Assembly: GCA_965203315.1 (NCBI GenBank)
Contig: CBDBCE010000004.1
Coordinates: forward strand, 224,001-288,000
Direction: 5' to 3'
Length of the DNA stretch: 64,000 nt
Source of the DNA: Nitrosopumilus sp.
GTDB taxonomy: Archaea > Thermoproteota > Nitrososphaeria > Nitrososphaerales > Nitrosopumilaceae
Shown: positions 9,873 through 18,300 of the stretch, piece after piece
Position numbering within the stretch: the first letter of the stretch is position 1
Layout of the letters: each line of letters begins with the position of its first letter
The notes under the pieces: generated by a model
The model's input: the letters and a program-made list of their open reading frames with translations, nothing else
Database searches by the model: none
What the model was told of the DNA's origin: nothing
Program-made: the position numbers and the translations under genes

Positions 9873-10190
9873 ATGCAACTAGACTCTCTCAAAGCCAAGG
9901 TGATATTTCACAATTCAATAGATGTGTGGATAGCTGCATGCCAAGAGAGAGGACTGGTGTGGAACGACACATCAGAGTATCGTAGATTTATCTCATATCT
10001 GTTAGACAACAAGATAAATCTAAAATCATTCAATCTCTGTTCGCACGAAGCAGGTGCTACAGAAGAAGAGAAGACAAAGTTTGCAGAACTCTTGGCAGAG
10101 ATCAAAGACGAACCAAACTCGCAGACCTATACAGTAAAACTCATAGATGACACCATCGATACGATTCGTAAATTTTGGTCATCTAGCTAG
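9873..10190 (+). CDS. Hypothetical protein
   Basis: 105-aa ORF directly after the previous gene; host-like composition. Confidence 0.65.
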   Translation: MQLDSLKAKVIFHNSIDVWIAACQERGLVWNDTSEYRRFISYLLDNKINLKSFNLCSHEAGATEEEKTKFAELLAEIKDEPNSQTYTVKLIDDTIDTIRKFWSSS

Positions 10191-11543
10191 TTTTGGATTG
10201 ACTATCTTGTCTAGAGCGTTTCCTATAAACACAAAACCCAATCCAGCTATTGCAATCATGATACCTGGCGGAACTATCCACCACCAAAGTCCTCTCGAAG
10301 CTGCACCAAACGAGTCTGCATCATGTAATATTTGACCCCATGTTGGAAATGACGGATCGCCTAAGCCAAGAAAACTCAGACCAGCTTCTGTCGTTATAGC
10401 TGCTGGAACAGAGATTGCGATACTCGCAAACGCATACGGCAAGAGCTGTGGTAGTATGTGTCTTAGTATGATCTTTCTATCTCTCTGACCCATTATCTTT
10501 GCTGCATCTACATACCCACTAGTCTTGATCTGCAATGACATGCTTCTAGATACTTTGGCGACACCTACCCATCCAAAGATCATCAAGAATCCGATCATGA
10601 CAAATATGCTGTTGCTGATAGTAACCGACAGTATTATCAGAAATGGTAGAGCTGGCAGCGCATAGATTACGTCGTTGAATCTCATCATGACCTCGTCGGT
10701 TTTTTTACCTCGATATCCTGCATATACTCCATATATCAGGCCCATCACAACCGACGCAATTGCAACCACCAATCCAATAAAGAGAGCTAGTGGTGTTCCC
10801 CACAACAATCCAACTGCTAGATCGCGTCGCAACTCGTCTGTACCCATTATGCCAAAAACTTTGCCTCCAATCAACAGTCTCGAGTCAGAGAGCGTAACCT
10901 CGTTTTGTGCATATATGTCAACAGTAAATACATACTGGCCTTTGAGTGGCATGTTTGTGTCTAGCTGCGAGAATATTATGTTCTCCGATGATAGCTGACT
11001 GATATCAAAGTCAAAGATATCAGAGTTTAGCTTGAGATTCTTCACTATGTGTTGATCTGTTGAGAATATGCGCGATTGATGTTTGGTATATTCTGATGAA
11101 TATGGAATTGACGTCGCAAGTATGGTCATCTGAGTATCGTCTGGACGATCAACTGTTATCTGAATCAGGGGCGTACCTACATAACTTGCTGTAAACTCGT
11201 AGATAAAGTCATTTGGAAATCCATCATATGTGTAATCTATTGTGTATCGCTGTGAGGTGAGATGTGTATCCTGATATGTATCTGCACCTATCTGATAGTC
11301 TTGTATGATCTGATGCTCTGGAATTCTAAACGTTGTGATATAATTTATCCAAATTGGTGGAGCTGCCTTTGGATATGATATCCAGTTCTCGGGATTGTTC
11401 CACTGTTGAAACGTCTCTAGTGGAATTACGATGACCGATACTATCGATACTAGGACTAGTCCGGCAAGAATCAGTACGCCTGCCATTCCCGTCTTGCTCT
11501 TGAGAAACTCACGCTTTATGTCACTAAATCCAACATTACTCAA
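10179..11543 (-). CDS. dppC: Peptide/nickel ABC transporter permease (DppC/OppC-like)
   Basis: GTDELRRD, YVDAAKIMG EAA loop, EAGLSFLGLG. Confidence 0.9.
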   Translation of the reverse strand: MSNVGFSDIKREFLKSKTGMAGVLILAGLVLVSIVSVIVIPLETFQQWNNPENWISYPKAAPPIWINYITTFRIPEHQIIQDYQIGADTYQDTHLTSQRYTIDYTYDGFPNDFIYEFTASYVGTPLIQITVDRPDDTQMTILATSIPYSSEYTKHQSRIFSTDQHIVKNLKLNSDIFDFDISQLSSENIIFSQLDTNMPLKGQYVFTVDIYAQNEVTLSDSRLLIGGKVFGIMGTDELRRDLAVGLLWGTPLALFIGLVVAIASVVMGLIYGVYAGYRGKKTDEVMMRFNDVIYALPALPFLIILSVTISNSIFVMIGFLMIFGWVGVAKVSRSMSLQIKTSGYVDAAKIMGQRDRKIILRHILPQLLPYAFASIAISVPAAITTEAGLSFLGLGDPSFPTWGQILHDADSFGAASRGLWWWIVPPGIMIAIAGLGFVFIGNALDKIVNPKLAR

Positions 11544-11550
11544 AAGATCA

Positions 11551-12603
11551 CTATCCTGTTCTTACTCTTGGATCAAAGTAGCCGTACAATATATCTGCGA
11601 TAAATACACTGATCAGAAAAAAGACCGTAAGAATGTACGTTGCCCCAATTATTACTGGCAAGTCTAGTACAGATATTGCTTCAAAGTAGAGTCTTCCCAT
11701 TCCTGGCCAATCAAATACTGCTTCTGTGATTATTGCGCCTCCTAGTGAACCTGATAGGCTTAGCGCTAGAATCGTTACTATTGGCGGCGCTGCATTCTTT
11801 AGTGCATGTGTGTAAATTATTCTGCGTTGTTTGATGCCGATCGTTCTCTTTGCAGCAATGTAATCTTCACTCATTATTCCTATCATAAAGTTTCTTACCA
11901 AGTATGCCCACGAACCGAATCCGATCATTACTATTGTGATCAGCGGCAGTGTCATGTGGTATAGTAACGACAGATAGTATTCTGGATCTGATGGTGGAAT
12001 ATCTGGTGTGGCTCTTGCCGGAAATATCTGGTACATAAATGCAAATACAAAGATCATCAACATTCCTATCCACCATACTGGAAAACTAGAACTGATTACG
12101 GCAAACGATGATACCACTCTATCTAGTGCTGAGCCTGCTTTACTACTTGCAAGTGCACCAAGAAATATTCCAATTATCGATATGATTATCGTTGCAGTTG
12201 TAAACAACAGTATGGTTCGTGGCATCTTTTCAAATATGATATCTTTTACATCCGTAGAGCCTGTATCACTTGTAAGAAACGTTGCATGTCCAAAATCTAA
12301 TATCAGTATCTTGTACATGGTGACACCTATACGTTGTGGTGCATACCAAGGTTCATCAAGACCTAGATCGCTTGAGCGTTGATCGATTATAGATTGAACG
12401 AATGTCTCAAACTCTTCAACCGTATTAAAGCTCTCTGCAATGGATGGATCTTGGGCCATCTCGGCACGAACCTGAAATACGATACTCTGTTTTAGAATTG
12501 TATCCATGTTGGAACCGATCAGTGATATTGTGATTAGGAGTGTCGCTATCAACACAACAAACATTGTTGCTGAGCGAGTTGCTACATATCGTTTTATGCC
12601 CAA
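11551..12603 (-). CDS. dppB: Peptide/nickel ABC transporter permease (DppB/OppB-like)
   Basis: DYIAAKRTIG..HALKNA, GAIITEAVFDWPGMG. Confidence 0.9.
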   Translation of the reverse strand: MGIKRYVATRSATMFVVLIATLLITISLIGSNMDTILKQSIVFQVRAEMAQDPSIAESFNTVEEFETFVQSIIDQRSSDLGLDEPWYAPQRIGVTMYKILILDFGHATFLTSDTGSTDVKDIIFEKMPRTILLFTTATIIISIIGIFLGALASSKAGSALDRVVSSFAVISSSFPVWWIGMLMIFVFAFMYQIFPARATPDIPPSDPEYYLSLLYHMTLPLITIVMIGFGSWAYLVRNFMIGIMSEDYIAAKRTIGIKQRRIIYTHALKNAAPPIVTILALSLSGSLGGAIITEAVFDWPGMGRLYFEAISVLDLPVIIGATYILTVFFLISVFIADILYGYFDPRVRTG

Positions 12604-12739
12604 TCTAGATTTGTGTCATTGTGATAATATTAGACAGTTTCTATATTGTTGAATGATCGTGTTTTAGACTCTGTATGGTGCGTAAAGTGTTCATGAATAT
12701 GTCGACTAGGTTGATCTAGTAAACAGTCACTTGTATTGT

Positions 12740-12806
12740 AGACTATATGCGTATTTCTTACATCATACTCACGTTTAAGGTATAATAAAACACAAGTGTA
12801 ATTTCT
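12740..12806. mobile_element. MITE-B left half, truncated by the IS66 end
   Basis: AGACTATATGCGTATTTCTTACATC..GTGTAATTTCT followed directly by GTAAGCG. Confidence 0.8.
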
Positions 12807-13144
12807 GTAAGCGGTTAGCCTGACAACGATCTTGTGGGGTTCTTTTAACTTAATGGGGGGTTAAGATTAAGTTGTAGGTATTTCGAGAAACGCACGGTAT
12901 GCAACTTAAAACAGCAATAATCTACAATGGGTGATCTAACCATTTTTCATGACTTGTAAAATTTTGAGAGAATGTTGCGTGAAAACTATCGACCCCCCCG
13001 TTAAGTTAACCATATGTGAAGAAGTCGATCAGAGTACATTCAGATGATACAAAGCATGCAGGTCGATCCAAGCGATCATCTGTAAAGCGATCTAAAAGAG
13101 GAAATGCAAACAAACAGATTACCCATCCAAAAAGTAAAAACAAG

Positions 13145-14152
13145 ATGATCTATATCGGAATAGATGCACATAAGAGATTTCTGCAAATTGCAGCAATGGA
13201 TCAGGATGGCAAGCGTCTACTCAATGAGCGTGTTGCCACAGATCATGACAGTCTAAAAAAATTCTTTGCGCAGTTTACACCACTCAATACACGTTGTGTG
13301 ATGGAGTCATCGTCAGTATGGTATTGGTTGTATAGATACTTGACAGATGAATTGGGATTTGGTGTAGTGTTATCGAATCCATATCAAACAAAGGCTATTG
13401 CAGAATCAAAGAAAAAGACAGACAAGGTGGATGCATGGACACTGGCAGATCTTTTAAGAGGAAATTATATCTCGCCTTGTTTTGTTCCTAGTGAATACAT
13501 TGTTAAATTGAAACAGTTGGTTCGACATAGAGATATAATTGTAAAAGGAAGAACGCGATACAAGAATCTTATACATGGGATATTACTGCAATATGGAATT
13601 AAAATACCTGGTTCAAGTTTTAGCAAGTCATTTAGAGAGGAATTGAAGAAACTCGAGGATTATAGAATAGATAACTATTTGGACATGATAAACCTCTCTG
13701 ACGAAAAGATTCGACAGTTGGATATTAAAATGCATAAAGAAGTAAAGAGATCACATGATGCGCAGTTGTTAAAGACAATTCCGGGAGTTGGAAACTTTGT
13801 TGCACTTGTTGTAATATCCAGCATTGGAGATGTCAAGAGATTCCCAAATGTACGCAAAATGTGTTCGTATGCAGGAATAGTGCCGTCTGTTCGCAATTCA
13901 GCTGGTAAACAAAATCACGGACGTATAACGAGGAAAGGTGATAAAATACTTAGATGGGCATTGACCGAAGCAGTTCATGTACACATAAAATGTGAACCCC
14001 ATAGCTACATTACAAAATTTTATACTAGAATTAAAAAGAGACGCGTGACAAGCAAGGCAACTGTTGCAACTGCCTCCAAGCTACTCCGATTGATGTACCA
14101 TATGCTTATAGATAGGGATGATTATGTCACACATTGTAGTCGAAATCATTAA
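13145..14152 (+). CDS. IS110-family DEDD recombinase/transposase
   Basis: IGIDAHK, MESS, KTDKVDA (DEDD), IPGVG, SYAGIVPSVRNSAG with catalytic Ser; probable start MIYIGID. Confidence 0.95.
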   Translation: MIYIGIDAHKRFLQIAAMDQDGKRLLNERVATDHDSLKKFFAQFTPLNTRCVMESSSVWYWLYRYLTDELGFGVVLSNPYQTKAIAESKKKTDKVDAWTLADLLRGNYISPCFVPSEYIVKLKQLVRHRDIIVKGRTRYKNLIHGILLQYGIKIPGSSFSKSFREELKKLEDYRIDNYLDMINLSDEKIRQLDIKMHKEVKRSHDAQLLKTIPGVGNFVALVVISSIGDVKRFPNVRKMCSYAGIVPSVRNSAGKQNHGRITRKGDKILRWALTEAVHVHIKCEPHSYITKFYTRIKKRRVTSKATVATASKLLRLMYHMLIDRDDYVTHCSRNH

Positions 14153-14345
14153 CGTACGGGTTCTGTTTGAGATATCACTCGGCAAGTTAAATGTACAGAT
14201 TTTGACGAATGGACGAAGAATGATACTGAGTTAACCACTCGAATGGATATATGTTCGCAGTCCTTTACATGGGAACACATCCCTAGCGTAAGCTATACAC
14301 AATAGTCGTGAATCAGAGTAAATCTTTATAAGCTATTCACATGGA
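14153..14345 (+). ncRNA. Putative bridge/seek RNA in the IS110 3' non-coding region
   Basis: Internal loop with GGGTTCT (14158-14164) and AAGTTAA (14184-14190) matching both halves of the target; second loop with ATGGATA (14243-14249) matching the right end. Confidence 0.7.
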
Positions 14346-14356
14346 TAAAAGAACCC

Positions 14357-14623
14357 AACGAAGCTTGTCGTAAATTCGGAGTTCATTTAGCTAATGCTGC
14401 AGATGATCTATACACGTTTGTGCTATACTATGGTATGGAATACACAAACAACAGAGCAGAGCGCGCTATACGACCAATGGTACTATTCCGCAAGGTAACT
14501 CAACGTATCGTATCTGAGGAGAGTAAAAGACGAGTTGGCAATATCTTTACATGTGTAACAACATGGGAGCAACAAGGTCTCAACGTCTATGATACACTCC
14601 TAAAAGTTGTGCATGAGACCTAA
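14357..14623 (+). pseudogene. IS66 transposase C-terminal fragment
   Basis: DLYTFV..EYTNNRAERAIRPMVLFRKVT motif. Confidence 0.85.
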
Positions 14624-14631
14624 CCTCATAC

Positions 14632-14664
14632 AAAAAATCCATCCAACGTAAATCGAAAAGATCC
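14632..14664. mobile_element. Solo right end of the IS6 parent / MITE-A
   Basis: AAAAAATCCATCCAACGTAAATCGAAAAGATCC, identical to 27392-27424. Confidence 0.85.
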
Positions 14665-14807
14665 GTATGAAACGCAGGAAAAAGCGATCTTTAGTACGTA
14701 ACATGTATAACACAAAGGGTGTAGAAGGGTCTAGAACACCTTCTACTAAGTTGTTAAGTACAACTTGTCGCCAATAGATACTAATAGATGTAGTTATATT
14801 AATTTTT

Positions 14808-14894
14808 GGGCATGTGCCAGAGCACGGTTAAATGGGACTTGTCGCCAACAAGTTGTTAAGTACTTCGTGGGTTCGAATCCCACCATGCCCACCA
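14808..14894 (+). tRNA. Non-canonical class II tRNA-like gene: GCC anticodon, long variable arm, A73, encoded CCA
   Basis: Acceptor GGGCATG/CATGCCC, T-arm GTGGG-TTCGAAT-CCCAC, anticodon stem ACTTG/CAAGT with loop TC-GCC-AA, 13-nt variable region, 3' ACCA. Confidence 0.85.
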
Positions 14895-14923
14895 AATATT
14901 CTGATTCACGTTCAGACGTCTCA

Positions 14924-15062
14924 AGACTGTATGCGTATTTCTTACATCATACTCACGTTTTAAGGTACAATAAAACACAAGCGTAATTTCTAGAGTCAAA
15001 TTGATTCATTGCTGTCATCTTTGATGTTGGTGTGGGCATTCTTAATAATATGCATACAGTCT
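14924..15062. mobile_element. MITE-B copy
   Basis: AGACTGTATGCGTATT..AATATGCATACAGTCT; flanks do not form a TSD. Confidence 0.9.
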
Positions 15063-15171
15063 ATTAGTAAAATACATAATCCCCTAATCTGACGATACAT
15101 GCAATGAGTATCTGCATAGAGTTAGAACAATATGTGAAAGAAACTAGTTGCCTACAGATGACGCGATTCGC

Positions 15172-15328
15172 TATCCATTATCCATTATCCATTATCCATT
15201 ATCCATTATCCATTATCCATTATCCATTATCCATTATCCATTATCCATTATCCATTATCCATTATCCATTATCCATTATCCATTATCCATTATCCATTAT
15301 CCATTATCCATTATCCATTATCCATTAT
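15172..15328 (+). repeat. Perfect heptanucleotide tandem repeat (TATCCAT)22
   Basis: 22 full units plus 3 bp, ending 32 bp upstream of the RM gene start. Confidence 0.95.
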
Positions 15329-15360
15329 ATGATGACACAAAGTTTGAGGGGTGCCTCTAG

Positions 15361-18300
15361 ATGGGCACCTCAAAGGCATCAATCTTTGATGATGTGCTAT
15401 GTATAATACGAGCATCTGCGACTAGTACCTCTGATCTCGGTAAACGGTTCGAGAGACTGACCAAAGACTTTTTCAAGATAGATTCAATGTATAGTAGACG
15501 ATTCAGACGCGTCTATCTGTGGTCAGAGTGGCCCAAACGAGACGGCACAGACACGGGAATCGATATTGTGGCAGAACAGTTTGATGGTACACTCTGTGCT
15601 GTACAGTGCAAGTGCTATGATGACTATGCCGGTCTAGACATGAAGTCGGTTGCCAAGTTTCTGGCCAAAGCAAACTCGCTTGGTATAGAGAACAAGATTC
15701 TAGTGTATACAGGCGATACATTTACTAGTCATGCACAAAAGTTATTGCTTGATTCCAAGTGTTCCATAATAGATCAAGAACACTTTCGTAGTTCTAGTAT
15801 CGATTGGAGTGATTATCCAAAACTTGTACGAGTCAAAGATCAAAAACAGCTCAGACCTCATCAGGTATCTGCACTAAAAGACGTGATACATGGATTTCAA
15901 AAATATGATCGTGGTAAACTGATCATGGCGTGTGGTACAGGCAAGACTCTAACAGCACTGCACATTGCAGAAGAACAGGTCGGTACAGGCGGTATCGTAC
16001 TGTATGTTGTACCTTCTATCTCTCTGATACTACAGAGTATGCGAGAGTGGTCCGACAACGGTACCATACAACATAGTTACATGGCTGTATGTTCAGATAA
16101 ATCAACAGGCGAGGATGGTTCCATAACAGAACTAGAGTCACCTGTATCTACAGATCATACTACCTTGCGACCATACATTGTATCACGACCAAAAGATGCA
16201 ATGACGGTAATATTCTCTACGTATCATTCTATAGACGTTATAAAACAAGCTGCAAAAAATATACAGTTTGATCTGATACTATGTGACGAAGCTCATCGTA
16301 CAACAGGAGTAGAAGACAAGTCGTTCTTTACAGCTGTACACAAGGACACAAACATACACGGCAAGAAACGACTCTACATGACTGCTACACCTCGTGTGTA
16401 CAGCGATATTATACAAGCCAAGATGGGCAAGGTAATCTATTCTATGGATGATGAAGAGAGATATGGACCAACATTCCATAGACTGAGTTTTACAGCTGCA
16501 GTACAACAAAAGGTGCTCTCTGACTTTAGAGTCAAGATTGCAATCGTACCAGCTGATAAGATAGACGCACAGTTTCAGCAATCGGTAACAGACGAGGACC
16601 ACTCCATACCGTTAGACGAACGTACGTTACTTGCAGCTGTATGGCACGGCATACAGTATCCAGATGATAATAAAACACCAAAACTGTTACAACGTGTTAT
16701 TGCATTTGCAAATCGTATAGACCGTTCTCAAATGTTTGCAGGCGAGATAACAGACGGAAACAACATTGATCGTAGTTTTGCAAGTATCGTATCACAGTAT
16801 GAAGAAAAAAAGAACACAGGACATAAAGTCCAAGTCAAACACATGGACGGCAAGACTAGGGCAATAGAACGCAGAGACAAACTACGTTGGTTAGACGAGA
16901 GTACTGATGATCCCAACACTTGTAGAATAGTCTCTAATGCCCGATGTCTATCTGAGGGTATAGACGTACCTGCTCTGGACGGTGTAATCTTTTTAAATCC
17001 GCGCAAGTCTCGAGTCGATGTAGTCCAGTCTGTAGGTCGAGTCATGCGTAGATCAGCTGGTAAGAAATATGGCTATGTGATATTGCCGGTTGCGATCCCA
17101 GCTGGTGTAGAATACCACAAGGCACTAGACAACAACAAGACCTTTGCTGTCGTATGGCAGGTACTGAACGCACTACGATCACATGACGAGTCGTTTGGTG
17201 CCGAGATCAACAGTCTGATACTGGACAAAAACACAGAGAATACGAGTCCCACTCCTAGAATCAGTGTATCTGTTTTAGATGATACATTTGTCGAGAGTGA
17301 ACCGATTACAAAGTTCTTTGATCATGTAAAGTCTCAACTGGTCAAAAAGGTAGGAGATGTAGACTATTATGACAAGTATGGTGAAAAGATTGGTTCTGCA
17401 GCTAGTACGATACAGTCTAGAATCGAAAATCTGCTAAAGACAAATGATACCATACAACACGAGGTATCTAAATTTCATAAATCACTACAAGATCTGATAA
17501 ACGATACCATATCTGAATATGATACTGTACAGGCCCTAGCACACCACATGGTACTTGCTCCTGTATTTGATGGGCTATTTACAGGACAGTTCACATCATA
17601 CAATCCGATATCTAGAGCATTTGAAGATATCATACGTACCATGGGACTACGCGAAGAGCTCGAGATCTTGGAGGAATTTTATGATGAGGTACAGCAAGAG
17701 ATCAAGAACATCAATACCGGTACAGCAAGACAAGAGTTCATCAAGAGAATATATGGAAATTTCTTTGAATCTGCTGATAAAAAAGGAACTGAACAACACG
17801 GTATCGTATACACACCTGTACAGATCGTCGATTTTATAATACATAGTGTACAGTATATTCTCAAGAAGGAATTCAACACCGAATTTGCAGACCGACAAGT
17901 CAAAGTTCTAGACCCATTCACAGGCACAGGAACGTTCCTTGCACAACTGATAAACTCGGGATATCTGGGTGAGAACATTTATGAAAAATACAAACACGAC
18001 CTGTACGCAAATGAACTGATCCTACTAGCGTATTATGTTGCAACCGTAAACATCGAGACGGTATATTCCAGTGTACGAAACGGACACAGACATGTTCCGT
18101 TTGACGGTATCAGTTACACAGATACTCTAAAGATAAATCCACTATATCGCACAGACGAGAGACATAGAATACAACTCAAACCATTCACAGGTCAGTTCAA
18201 ACAGGCACACGAACGCGTACATGCACAACGGTGGTCTCATTTACACGTGATAATGGGGAATCCACCTTATTCTGCCAAACAAAGCAACTACAATGATCAA

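Larger units (their letters stand above)
13010..14348 (+). mobile_element. IS110-family (IS1111-like) element
   Basis: TAA core at 13007-13009 and 14346-14348; subterminal IR ATGTGAA / TTCACAT; removal restores the MITE-C TIR. Confidence 0.9.
12837..14356. mobile_element. MITE-C (about 181 bp once IS110 is removed); right TIR split by IS110
   Basis: Left TIR GGGTTCTTTTAACTTAATGGGGGG; right TIR CCCCCCGTTAAGT-TAA-[IS110]-AAGAACCC. Confidence 0.85.
12807..14631 (+). mobile_element. IS66-family remnant (internally deleted; carries MITE-C and IS110)
   Basis: Left end GTAAGCGGTTAG, right end CTAACCTCATAC (10/12 inverted match); C-terminal TnpC fragment. Confidence 0.65.

Noticed and set aside
13016-13144. 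N-terminal extension of the IS110 ORF
   Set aside because: The family signature starts at MIYIGID (13145); the upstream part is more likely the non-coding left end.
14765-14986. 73-aa ORF
   Set aside because: Overlaps the tRNA-like gene and MITE-B; no protein features.
15104-15406. ORFs with IIHYPLS repeats as real proteins
   Set aside because: They are translations of the 7-bp tandem repeat; kept only as possible regulatory upstream ORFs.
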